A stretch of 64,000 bases of DNA, from NCBI RefSeq assembly GCF_036321535.1, contig NC_087436.1:108254001-108318000 (forward strand), read 5' to 3'. Each line of letters opens with the position of its first letter. The first letter of the stretch is position 1. The notes under the pieces were generated by a model that was given only the letters and a program-made list of their open reading frames with translations, searched no databases and was not told where the DNA came from. Source of the DNA: Camelus dromedarius (lineage: Eukaryota). The translations under genes were made by a program, and so were the position numbers. Positions 52,030-64,000 of this stretch are shown one piece after another.

Positions 52030-52230
52030 CGTGGGTGTGATAGCCCGAGTTCCATGTCACTTCTGTCACGTCTTCAAGCTCCTTTTCATCTGCAAGATGA
52101 GGATGAGCATCAGCCTGAGGCTTGATTAAGTGGATGCTTGATCAACACTGAATACAGCTCAGCGTTGACTTGGGGGAAAGTGCAATCTGATGTGTAAACG
52201 CTTGGCACGTTATAAAGCACGTTTAAATAA
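52030..52230 (+). mobile_element. MIR fragment
   Basis: Core 'ttttcatctgcaagatgaggatga'. Confidence 0.55.
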
Positions 52231-53489
52231 AAATAGAGAAGTATGTATTCTTCACAGTGTTCCTTTTAGCAATGTTTTGGAGAGAATAGATTGGCATGGC
52301 ATCAGTTAAGCCTCTAACGAAAAATATGTTATGATTCGGCATGAAAGGAAAGCTGTGAAAAACATAAGAAAGGCAGCACAGGGCAGCTCTTTTTCAGAAT
52401 GTGCTTGTCACCTCCTCTTTCCCTGTCCTGCCCCTTCCTTTAGCCCTGCCTGGCCCAGGCCAGCCTCTGCATGAAGATGTGATCTTTATAGATGATGTTA
52501 TTTGGAAAAAGCATCCTTTTTAAGGAATAAGCAACTGTGGGAGAGAGAAGAGTGAGATGATCTCATTATAGTTTTGAATTAACTCTTTGGTTTTCTGAAG
52601 AATGTGCCATAAAGTAAGAACACGGCCTGTGCCTGCATTGCCCACAGGACTTCAGCGAATTTACCTTGTGTCTTACTATGAGGAGTAAAATCATCATTAA
52701 AACGTTGTTTTTTTTTCCATCTGCAGACTCTGAGTTAATAGGACGATGGAGTAGCAGATTTCTAGGTATATGGTGGTAGTTCCCTGCCCCCCCCCAAAAG
52801 AATAACAATGAAATTAATGAGAAAGTTACAGTTATTGACAAAATTCTCATTGACTCATTGCTTTAATCTTACCTACTGCTTAGAATTTCAGACAAATATT
52901 TCTCATCAATATAACTCATAATGGAAGATAATTAAAGGCAATATTTTTTACCCTGGGCCTCTGCCATTTGCCTGAGAAGTATAGAATTATTCTACAGAGA
53001 TGTCAGTTTCTGTCAAGTTCTGTTATTTTGTAGCCTGATTAAGAATTCTGAGTCTTTTGCGTTATTTCTCAAGTACTGCCTTTGCCTCACTGTAAAGTAT
53101 GGCGCTCTTATAAACCTTCCATTTGTACTCCCTAAAGTTATATAGTCTAATAAAATAATGTAAATTGAATTTCTGTAAAGCCCTAATTTCTGTTTATTAA
53201 ATGTGAACTTCTAAAGGACGGCATGGAAATCAGATCACATCTTCATTTTTTTTAAAACGCCTTTCAACTACTGTCAGAAAATACTTCATTCTCCGTAAGT
53301 CTTACCACCTCTTTTGAAAGTGCGGCGGGACGGAGCCCACTACTTTTAATGTAAAGTGGTCATTCACAGGAGGCAAGGAAGGAGGGACAGGGAAAGTGCT
53401 AGATATCCTGGTTCTTGGTGGAGAGTTAGACAATTTAAAGAATTTTTTCCCCATATTCTCTGGTTGAGAAATATATATTTGATGCGTTT

Positions 53490-53830
53490 GTCATTAAAGC
53501 TGAGGTTTCTATAGTAACAAATGGCCCCCTCATCCCCATGTCTTACAACAATACAAGTTTGTCATTGGTCATTGTGGAGCAACTGTGGTTTTTCTCCATG
53601 TCATCTTTATTTCAGGATCCAGAGTCATGCAGCAATTTCTGATTAGAAGAGTGTCAGTCATCATGTCAGAAAGAAATGAGGTCAGGCTTCAACTTGCAAG
53701 TGACACATCTTTTCCACTTGTATTTCATTACCCAAAGCAAGTCACATAGTCAAACCCACTGATAACAGGGCAGTAAAGTACAGTTCTCCCCTGGGAAGTA
53801 GCAGCCCATATTTTTGAAAGTCTACCACCA
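53490..53830 (-). mobile_element. MaLR LTR (MLT1-like)
   Basis: 'gtaacaaatggccccc...cttacaacaatacaagttt...tttcattacccaaagcaagtcacatagtcaaaccc...ctaccaca'. Confidence 0.75.
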
Positions 53831-53834
53831 ACTG

Positions 53835-54025
53835 CTACTACTAGCTATGAACTAGACATTATACTAGGCATTTACAAATATTAGTTCTAATATTCCTAAG
53901 AATCCTATATAGCATAGGGATTTGTAATCCTTACTTTGCCAGAAGAGGAGAAAAGCTCGTAAGTTTGCCTGTGTTCACACATCTATCAATGGAAGAGCCT
54001 AGGATTAGATCCAGGTCTCTCTGAG
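53835..54025 (-). mobile_element. MIR SINE
   Basis: 'ctagacattatactaggcatttac...atggaagagcctaggattagatccaggtctctctga'. Confidence 0.7.
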
Positions 54026-55159
54026 CTGTATCTCAAATAGTGAAGTCTCCTTGAAGAGGAACAAAAAGGGGGAAAACACATCAGGCTCCTCAAAACCATT
54101 GGGCAAAGAATCCAGCTCATGAAAGTCTATAGAATTCATACTTTTCCAAACATGGAAATTATCCTCAATAAAATTATCATATAAAAGAGGAAATTAAATG
54201 CATTAAGATATTGATATTTACAGTATATACAAACCCCCGAATTTCAGCAGATTAACACAACAAAGTTGGTTTTCTTACTCATGTAACTCTTTGGTGTATA
54301 TATTCCATTTTCCTTCTCCAGATGTAAACTATAATATTAAATAAACATGTTTTTGTCAAGAAATCTATTAAATGACCTTCCAGATCATTTAATCAGATGT
54401 TTTACTAGACATTGTTAGGGATGTAAAATCATGTATGATACATTTTCTGCCTTCAGAGGGACCTCATGGGCTTTTCCCATTTGAATGTCAAAAATCTAGG
54501 GACAGAAGAAATTCTCTTTGAATCTCATCCACAGCTGAGCCAGTAGCGGCAGGAGCCTGTGTCTTAACCTGTGAAATTGAAAAAGTAACATATCTGTCTG
54601 GCAAATATGATATGGGATTAAAATTAGATAGAGGTTATAAAGCTCTTGTGAAAAAGGAAATTAAGTGGACTGAATGTTTACTGTCTCACTCTCCCTTCCA
54701 CAACCCATAGAGCTAATATATACAAATATTAGCAGAGCCTGGCCTCTGAGCACAGAATGCAAATATAAGAAAAGTCATCCAGCTCCATTTATATAATCAT
54801 GGAAAGGTATAAAATGCTCACCTTTTAGAATTGAAGTGTAGAGATAAAGACCATCAGTAATTTTCTCATCATTCCTACCTAGTTCCCTAACTTTGTAACT
54901 CACCAGATTTCCTTCCTCTACCTCGAGTCAGGAAATCAAATCTAACAGGACTCTGAGAATTGGCAGTAATTTCAGTCACTTCACAGCTAAAATGAGGGAG
55001 GAGAATCTGAATTACTATACCCTTCTCGAGGAAAAAGGAGCACTTTTATTAGTCTGTGGGAAAAGTTCCCCCTCAATACCTACAGCAGGACCCCTCAAAC
55101 TCACCTGACAGTGAAAGGAGTCCAGAGCACATGCTAAACAAAGTAAAGACTTCCCAAAC

Positions 55160-55346
55160 CTAGTTGTCAAACTTGAGCATGCCTCTAAATCCCCTGCAGA
55201 GCCTACTAAAACATACATATGTGGTCCCTGCCTTACAGATTCTTGTTTACTGGGTCCTGGAGTCGGGGAGTGTTGAAAATTTATGACAATTCCCAGGTGA
55301 TGCTGACACTGCTGGTCCAGGGACCACATTTTGAGAATCACAGAAC
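55160..55346. mobile_element. hAT-Charlie MITE (MER5A-like)
   Basis: 'tcaaacttgagcatgc...ttcccaggtgatgctgacactgctggtccagggaccacattttgagaatcac'. Confidence 0.88.
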
Positions 55347-55749
55347 TGGAAGCCTTGATGCCCAGCCCTGGCTGCTCATCCCAATCACCCACTGATGGAC
55401 GGCTAGAGTTAAATCACCATCCTGATGATTATAGGCTTCCAGGGATGACAACTTATGTACTTATTTATTTTTAATGAATACCTGGGCCTTGAATCAGGAA
55501 TTTGGCCAAGGATTCTCTTGTAAAGAACCGCCTCCCTGTAGCTTCTCAGTGTATCCCCAAAGGAAGGCTCGGAGATTGTAATTGCTCTTGCTGCCTCTTT
55601 CTGGTCTGTGACTGCTTGCTCCTCCTTCCCCCTTTTATGCTTTCATTTCTCCTGCTAGTTGCCTCTCTGGGACCCAGGAAGTTACTTGGTCAAAGCATTG
55701 AGAGATGCAAAACAAGCAACGTCTAATGCAGTTGCCTTTCCTTTCTGCA

Positions 55750-55905
55750 ATTGGTTCTGCCAACTATCACCTGTATGACTAGATCAAATAAAGTTTTTTT
55801 TTTTTGAGATTCAATTTTCTTATCTGTTAAAATAGAGATAACACCTTACATGTTTATGTGAACAAATAAAATTATGGAGTGCAAAGTAGGGGCTCAATAA
55901 TATTC
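55750..55905 (+). mobile_element. MIR SINE
   Basis: 'tcaattttcttatctgttaaaatagagataac...gctcaataa'. Confidence 0.7.
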
Positions 55906-56221
55906 TATATTGCTTTTTCGTTCCTGACTTCTTGCTTTCCCATTTTTCTTCTTCTATTCCTATCTTTTCTCCTTTACTCCCTGCCCCACCCTCATTAAAG
56001 AACAGACAAGAGATAACTTCTCCCCATTTGCTACCTCTGACAAATGGTTCCACAAGGCCTACTTTTTGCCCATGTCTTTCTCCCTTCTCTAAAACAGTGC
56101 TGTCTATCCTCAAATTCTAAGAATCTGACTGCATTTAAAGACCCCATATCTCACTGTGTTCTAATATATACTATTAAAATGAGCCCATGAAGCAACAGAC
56201 AACACTTTCTGAAGCATAGTT

Positions 56222-56330
56222 GATTTTTTTTTTTAATTGAAGTACCATCAGTTACAGTGTGTCAATTTCTGGTATACAGCACAGTGTCTCAGTCATGCAT
56301 ACACAAACATATATTAGCGTTCATATTTTT
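56222..56330 (-). mobile_element. Very short (~110 bp) 5'-truncated L1 with poly(A) tail and TSD
   Basis: T-run then 'aattgaagtaccatcagttacagtgtgtcaatttctggtatacagc'; flanked by tgaagcatagtt (56210-56221) and tgaaacatagtt (56331-56342). Confidence 0.88.
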
Positions 56331-58383
56331 TGAAACATAGTTTTTTTTTATGTACTGTTTCTTAGAAGGCATTCTCATTATTACCTATACTGTAATCCAT
56401 TGTTTTCTTGTAATGTATCTCTGTCATAATTATGGCATAGGTAATATTAAAACATAAAACATAGTTTATGAACATCCCAAAAAGGTTGGATGTTTTAAAA
56501 TTCAAATCTCTGGCTACTGGTGTGATCAGGTCATATATTAAAATGTGAGTAATAGGGACCCGCTTAACTCTGGCATCGGGGATAAAATCACCTACTTTCT
56601 GGGTTCTCTATTCTGTCTCAGGTCTTGTCTTAACTGTAGACCTTGCATTTAAGCAGATGTGCCTGGCCACACTGCATTGAGACCAGGACCTAATGAGTCT
56701 GATTCTCTTTGGGGTGTTAATAATTCTAGTACTTTAAGTGAATAAATTACTGTCTTCAAAGTGGAGTTGTTATGTTGCTCTTGAGCTTTAGAGGGCAGTA
56801 GAGGAGCTGTCTGAAAAATCCCTAACTGACCAGGAAAAACGTTTTTCTTTCCTGAGTTAATTTACTACAAAGTTTTATCATTGGAAGGAAAGCAAGGATT
56901 ATATTTTTAAAGGTGCTTGTAATATTCTTTTTTTTTTAATGAAGAGAGTACCTTTTCGAATATGTCATATATAAAAGATATTTTTTCTTCTGCGAAAAAA
57001 ATTTACTCTCTACTGATTATTAACTTGTGAAGAAGTCCAAAATAATTTTTAAAAAGGAATTATTGGCTATAACAAAATGATGTAGATTTTATTTTTAAAA
57101 TGTTCTATTCTGTTTGTGTGTGTTTTACAATATAAGTTTAGAAGGACCAACATAGTTTTTGGAGAACTATGTCTTTCTGTGTGTAAAGAATTAATAGATG
57201 ATATTGAGCAATTTGTATGAAAGTACAAATTTCAAAGGTAATAAGGAAGCTGTTTTGATTTAAGAATTTAAACACACACACACACACAAAAGGGTTAAAC
57301 AGGATTTACTTTGTTTTAGTTAAGTGAAAGTGAGAGTTCACTTAAACTAAATCAAATTTTGTCCAACCTTTAAATTTAGCCATCATACAACTGAAGAGAA
57401 AATTACTCAGAAAGCACTTTCCAAGATCTTACTAAGACTGCAATGAGAAACGTTCATCCTGGATTTCCTTTTACTCTCTGGGTGACCCCAAAACCAGAGG
57501 CACACAGCCGCCGCTGTGATTCCAGCCCCCATAAAGTGGGATGCCGTTAGATTTGAAGAGGTACCTGCACAACATACACAGTTGTATGTATGGATTACTG
57601 TGAGCCTACAGTGCAGGAGAACAAGAGTGCACTGCATAGCATGTGTGATCAAAGCAGAACCCACCAAGCTTTTTCTTGGTCTGCAATGTTTCCCTTTGGG
57701 ATTGGGTCTTCCTTGCCTGCTCTGCCATGGTGACAGGTGTTGCTCAGAGCTAGCATTCTTGCAGCGGAAGCCCAGAGCTTACACTTTGAGGAGATGCTCC
57801 CTTGCTTGCCTTGCCCGGCTTCTGCTCTGCCACGCAAGAGCATGAGCTCAGGACTTTCTCCAAACTTGGCCGCCTCTTCTTCCTTCCTAATGTGTATCGT
57901 CTCTGCTAGTGCATTTTTAGTTCTTCTAGTTATTATCTGATCGTCCTAGTCTCTCTTGTCACTTTTGACTCTGCATCTGGGAATATTATCTTCTCCACTC
58001 TTTAGAACCTGGTTTGTAAAAGAAGTCAGGCACGTGATTATGTAGCCCTATATTTTCTCCAGTAAACTTATTAGAGGGTGGTTAGTCTGTCCTGCTCATA
58101 ACTCTCACAGGAGATTTCTCGGGACAGATCTTCCAGGTTTGTTACCATCAGTACCAGCTTTACATGTAACAGGATCTTTCAGGGTCTGCTGATGCTACCC
58201 AAGGTTCTCTGCCCACACAGATGAGATGTAAGGAGGTTTCCTAAAGTTTCATGTGTCTCCTTTGTCAGTATGGCCACATCCTCAGTGACCCTGAGTCATC
58301 TGGCATTAAGAATTTAACCTGACCAATATAGCATGCCCATTTGATGAAATAAAGTGGGGAAGGGCCTCAGAAACTCCAGAAAT

Positions 58384-58398
58384 GGGTCACGATGACCT
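58384..58398. promoter_or_regulatory. Consensus estrogen response element motif
   Basis: GGGTCAcgaTGACCT matches RGGTCAnnnTGACCY; motif only, function unknown. Confidence 0.45.
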
Positions 58399-60194
58399 TC
58401 AGACTTTCAATAAATACCATGCTCCCTTTACTCGAAAGTTAGATTCAGTATGACAACAAGATTCTGGGAGTCTCAAAATCCCAATTCCGAAATTCTCATC
58501 ATATGTTCATATATCCACTGGGCATATCTCATGTGAATTCTCTGAGCATGTGGCATCTGTTCATAGAAATGTACGTATTTTGTTGCTTCTTTTCATTTAT
58601 TATTTCGGAGAGGGAGATTGCGTTGGTTTTGAGGCCAGTCCATTCTAATGTAGTAACTCTCAAGTGGTTCTACCATCACTGAGAAGGGGGCACCAGCTCC
58701 CAGGGGAAGCTGCACATATTGAGGTGTTGTGTCCATGAACAGATAAACTTCCATAGCAAATCCAAATACAGAGAAACTCTTCAAGTTGGAAAGACATTTC
58801 ATTCAGGCATTTATCACATTTCCTCACTTATCCTTCTTAAACCAAAATGCCTTGAATGCCTACTGTGTACTCAACAGGACACCATTTCTGTTGTGGAATT
58901 AGTAATCCTTAAGCAATACAAATAATGTAAAACCCAGATGAAAAGTTACTGTATCAGCTTTGTTTTAATTTTTTTTTCCACTTAGGTTCTTGCCGTGCTA
59001 TATGTCAGAAAAGATTTCTGACTATTATGAAAAGCCTTAGGGTCAGGGAAAGAGAGATTGTTTCTTTTTAAAGTGTAGGGTGGTAAATATAATAAAGGGC
59101 ACTGATGTATTATTTCTTTCAGGATTAGATGAGTTTGCTCCACCTCTACTGACCAGTGCTCTGAAAGGGTCACATTATGGCTTTAGGGTGAGGGGAGTGG
59201 AATGCATTTTGGAAAAGATCCAGCCAACTCTAAAGTATGTTGATTTTCCTGATAGGAGCTCCATTAGGGGATGTTATGTGGGGTATTTTTGTAGGCTGGA
59301 TGGAGTTTTGAGGACATCACAAAAATGATGTGTTGTATCTTTAATATTAAAACATGCTGAGCATTATTTGACCTGTCTATTTCATTGTCTCTAATTCTCT
59401 ATTTTACTCTTACTTTCCCTCACTCTCTGTATTCTAAATGATTTCTGAATCTTTTAGTGCCACAGGTTATCACTATGAAAATTAATTATCATTGAACTGG
59501 CAGTGTAAATGTTAGTTAGTAGATGCTATTTGTTGATAAAATGTCAGATAACAGATAATTAATTATAATAGCTCATTTGGGGGAAAAACAAGTCCATCAG
59601 AGTGAAGTTAATGATCAGTTTGCCATCTGGCCTAGATTAAGGGATTGTCTGGGCCCATGTTGAGTAACTGTAAGTTCCCTGAAGTGTCGGCTGTATCTAC
59701 TGTATAGTATGAACATTCTCAGTATGACCCTGGAATTCAGTGTTTACTGTCCATAATTTGGCTCAGCCAAGTCCTAAGGATTTTTGGATTTTAACCTGAA
59801 TAAATAGAAAAATATGGAAGCAACAGAACTATGCAGGAAGGTGATTCTGGTCTCAGGTAGCAGTACCTGCAAAGGTGGTGCTTAGAATATAAAGAATCAT
59901 GGTGAACTCGAGTGTTGTAGGAGAAGGATGCTAATTTCTAACAGCTCTGTGGGACCAGGTGGTCAGTTCATTCACAGAAGAATTCCAGCTGAAAGCTGGA
60001 GATACAGGATGAGAGGACACTTGATTCTTACCGTCCTTGCCCCCTAAAAGAAAATCATTTATTCGCAGGTACTGGACAGAATGTGAAAATAGGTCAGAAG
60101 TTTTGGCTTCAGATTGAGCTCAACTTCTAGCTGAGATTGTGAGGATAAGGCCAGAAAACAGGGTGGGAAGCTAAGAATGGTTATTTGTATGTTG

Positions 60195-60400
60195 AGGAGA
60201 GTGCTATTATGTGCTATGTGCTATAATGATTTTATCGTATTTTAACATTTATTACAATCCTGTAAAATAGATGTTTTTATGTCTAATATCCTGATTAGAA
60301 GACAGAGGAAGAGAAGTTGGGCAAATGCCTCTTTTATCTACTAAGTTCTAGAGTCATTTTATACTTAGATCCATCTGTATCCACAGATCTTTCTGCTTCA
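60195..60400 (-). mobile_element. MIR SINE
   Basis: 'ttacaatcctgtaaaatagatg...gattagaagacagagg' is a degenerate reverse MIR. Confidence 0.55.
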
Positions 60401-60784
60401 AGACAGCAAGCAAGCCAGTATAATGGGAATGAGGGGAAAGCTTGCAACTGGGGGTCCTCCAGGACACTGGACATTACCCTAGACAACTGATGAGAGTTAA
60501 GTAAACCCAGTTTTTACTCCCCCTGACTTATAAGCTGTCATATTAGGTAAAATAATCTTTTTGTTCAGATTTAGAATTGATTGAGACAAGGAAAAGGGTG
60601 TGTAGTGAATCCTGTGAGTAGAAAGCAGCCATAAGTCCAACTTTAATCTGGAAAAGGGAAGCTCATCCATCTGTTGATCATGCTAGATTATTATTCATTT
60701 TAATACTTTTATGAGACATGGGAGAACAAAATGAGCATTTTAAAATATATTTATTAAAATAAAAAATAAATTCTGAACTAGTCA

Positions 60785-63700
60785 GAATCTCAAGAAAATA
60801 GAAGACTTGAACAACACTATGAACAGTGGAAACTAATAAATATAAGAACACTCCAACGCCAAACAGGAGAATACATATTGTTTCAAGTGTACGTGGAACA
60901 TTCTCTAAAACAAACCATATATTAGGACATAAAACAAGCCACAATAAATTTTAAAGGATTGACATTATACAAAGTTATGTTCTTAGACTACAATAGAACG
61001 AAATTAGAAATTTATAACAAAAAGATTTAGAAATTTACAATTATGGGAAAATTAAGCACCAAACTCCTAAGTAACCAATGGGTCAAAAAAATCACAAACA
61101 AAATTAGAAAATACTTTGAGGCAAATAAAAATGAAGACAGACATACCAAAACTTACTGGATGCAGCTAAACAGTGCTTAGAGAGAAATGTGTAACTATAA
61201 ATATCTATATTATAAAAAGAAAAATGATCAAATCAATGACCTAACTTGCCAACTTAAGGAGAAAAACACTTTTAAAAAAGAGCAAGCTAAACCCCCCAAA
61301 GCTGAAGAAAGTAAATAATAAATTTAGAATAAATAAATCAGATTGACAATATAAAACAGTAAAAATCAGTGGAACATAACTGGTTCTTTGAAAAAAATCA
61401 ACAGATTTGACAAATATTTATCTAAATTGATTAAGAAAAAAAGAAAAAGGCTCAAATTAATAAAATCAGGAGAGAGGAGACATCACTACTACCTTACAGA
61501 AATAAAAAGAATCACAAGGGAATGCTATAAACATCTGTATGAGGGTCAACAAATTAGGTAACTTAGATAACATAAATTTTTAGAGAAACAAACTACCAAA
61601 ACTCACTTAAAGTGAAATAGAAAATCTAAGTAGGCCTGTAACAAGTAATGAGGTAGAACTAGAGATTTAATAATTTCCCACAAATTAAAGCTCAGGCCCA
61701 GATGACTTCCTTGGTGAATTCTTTGAAACATTTATAATTACTATTCTTTATAAACTATTCCAAAAAAAAAAAAAAAAAGAAGAAGAAGAAGATGAAGAAA
61801 CAATCTCCAGCCCATTCTAGGAGGCAAGTATTATCCTTATACCAAAATCTGACATAGACATTACATGAAACCAAAATCTCTTATAAATATGAAAAAGGGT
61901 TATACACTATGAAAAAAATGGGATTTATCCTAGGAATACAGTTATTTTAACATACAAAAATTAATTAATATAATACCATATCCATAGAATAAAGGATAAA
62001 AACTAGAAAATCATCTCAATAAATTCAGAAAAAGCATTTGACAAAACCGAACATCCTTTTATTATAAAAGCCCTCAACCTGATAGACAGCATATACAAAA
62101 AACCTACAGTTAAAATCATATTTAATGGTGAATGACAGAATATTTTCCCTATAGGATCAGAAAAAACAAGGATGTCTACTGTTGCTATTTTAATGTGACA
62201 TTTTAAAGAAGTTCTAGCAGGGGCAATTAGGTAAGGAAAAAATAAAAATAAATCAGACTGGACAGGAAGAAATAAAAGTATCTCTATTTGCAGATAACAT
62301 CATCTTGTATTTTGAAACATGAGGACTCCACCTACTCACACTAAACAATTAGAGCAAGTAAGTCCAGAAAAATTACAGTATATGATGTCAGTATACAAAT
62401 ATCAATGGTATTTTTATGTGCTAGCAATGAATAATCTGAAAAATGAAATTAAGAAGACAGTTCCATTTATGACAGCATCAAAAAGAATATATTACTTAGG
62501 AATAAATTGAACAAAAGAAGGTTAAAAATTATACTCTGAAACTACAAAATATTGTGAAAAAATAAAGATATAAATAAATCAAATGACATTCCATGTTCTT
62601 GGATCAGAAGAGTTAATATTATTAAAAATGACATACTTCTCAAAGTAATCTGTAGATTTATCAGAATTCCTATCAAAATCTCAGCTGGAAGTTTTTGCAG
62701 AAATTGACAAGCTGGCCTTAAAAGTCATATGTGAATTAAAGAGACTCATAATAGCCAGAGCAATCTTGTAAGAAAAAAAAAGTTAGAGAGCTCACATTCC
62801 TCAGTTTCAAAGCTTACGAAAATGCTGTAGTAATCAAGAAAATATGTGATAAGAAAGTATGCAACTGAGATAAGGATAAACATAGATACATGGAAAGAAC
62901 TAAAAGTCCAGTCATAGATCTTCAGATTTATGATTGATGATTTTTGACAAGGGGGCCAAAACAATTAAAAAAGAAGAAAAAATAGCCTTTTCAACCAATA
63001 ATTCTAGACAACTGAAAAAGAATCCACATGAAAAAGAATAAAAAAGAATCCATGTGAAAAAGAATAAAATTGGATCCCTTCCTCATAATGCACATAAAAA
63101 TGAAGTATATATCTTCAAGACCTTGGTTAGGTGAAAGGTTCTTAGATATGAGGCCAGAAGCTCAAGTGGCAAAAGAAAATAAAGATAAATTGCATTAAAA
63201 TTAAAAGCTTTTTTGCTCCAAAAAACAACATCAAGAAAATGAAAACACAACCTATAGAATGGGAGAAAATATTTGCAAATCATATATAAAATCAGGAACA
63301 TTTACCTAGATAACAAAGTAATCATAAATTAATAATAAAAACAAAAAATCCAATTTTAAAATGAGCAAAAATCTGAATAGACACATCTCCAAAGATACAT
63401 AAATAGCCAATAAGCACATGAAAAAAATGGTAAACATGATTAACCATCAAGTGGATGCGAATCAAAACTAAATAAATAACAAGTGTTAGTGAGGATGTAG
63501 AGAAAAGGGACCCCTTGTGCACTGTTCATGGTATTGTAAATTGGTGTAGCCACTATGGAAACTAGTACGGAGTTCCTCAAAAAATTAAAAATAGAATTGC
63601 CATGTAATCCAGCAGTTTTACTTCCGGAAATTTATCTGAATAAAACATAAACACTAATTCAAAAAGATATATACACATCAATATTTATTATAGAATTATT

Positions 63701-64000
63701 TACCACAGCTAAAATATGGAAGCAACCTAAGTGTCCATTGATGATGAATAGATAAAGAAAGATGTGGTATTTATGTACAATGGAATATTACTGAGTCATA
63801 AAAAATGAAAATGAAATCTTGCCATTTACGACACCATGGATGGATCTAGAGGGTATTATGCTAAGTGAACTTAGTCAGAGGAATACAAATACTGTATGAT
63901 CTCACTTATATGTGGAATCTAAAATACAAAACAAACAATCAAAGCAAAATGAAAGCAGACTCTTAGATACAGAGAACAGACAAATGGCTGCCAGAGAGGA
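60785..64000 (+). mobile_element. Older LINE-1 (L1MA/L1MB-like): decayed ORF2 from the endonuclease region through the 3' UTR, running off the window end
   Basis: EN-region 'ggaacattctctaaaacaaaccatatattaggacataaaac'; RT 'cagaaaaagcatttgacaaaa' and 'ctatttgcagataacatc' (FADD decayed to FADN); 3' 'ggaagcaacctaagtgtccattg' and 'atgctaagtgaa'; many stops and indels. Confidence 0.95.

Noticed and set aside
57407..57940. Cluster of overlapping 64-109 aa ORFs
   Set aside because: No recognisable homology or convincing splice-site pair; consistent with chance in locally higher GC
759..63522. Remaining short ORFs in the track
   Set aside because: Lengths are at chance level, many use non-ATG starts, and many lie in repeats; no coherent exon chain
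1..64000. CRISPR array, tRNA/rRNA genes, NUMT, processed pseudogene, young tRNA-derived SINEs
   Set aside because: No regularly spaced repeats or recognisable RNA-gene, mitochondrial or mRNA-like sequence seen by eye; no Bov-tA, PRE-1 or Vic-1 SINE noticed, so the species assignment stays tentative

Overview
This is mammalian non-coding DNA (intronic or intergenic): AT-rich, CpG-depleted and full of eutherian repeats. It is probably a cetartiodactyl, and the young L1 3' ends resemble camelid L1s (from recall, not a search). I found no supportable protein-coding exon, RNA gene, CRISPR array or prokaryotic system. The only ORFs with recognisable homology are broken LINE-1 ORF2 pieces (45.4-47.0 kb minus; 60.8-64.0 kb plus). 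The window holds old MIR/L2 fragments, MaLR/ERVL/Gypsy-like LTRs, hAT and Tigger DNA-transposon MITEs, several L1s and microsatellites. It also has two intact solo LTRs with exact 4-bp target-site duplications (15613-16258 and 30286-30850). The second is the most interesting element. It contains the window's only CpG island, with GC-box, NRF1, YY1 and ERE-like motifs, so it is a candidate LTR-derived promoter. Other leads are an L1 lacking a poly(A) tail and TSD (possible endonuclease-independent insertion), a perfect ERE, a nuclear-receptor half-site cluster, CTCF-like motifs and repeat-free homeodomain-motif-rich blocks. Repeat family names come from recall of consensus sequences, and boundaries of old repeats are approximate.
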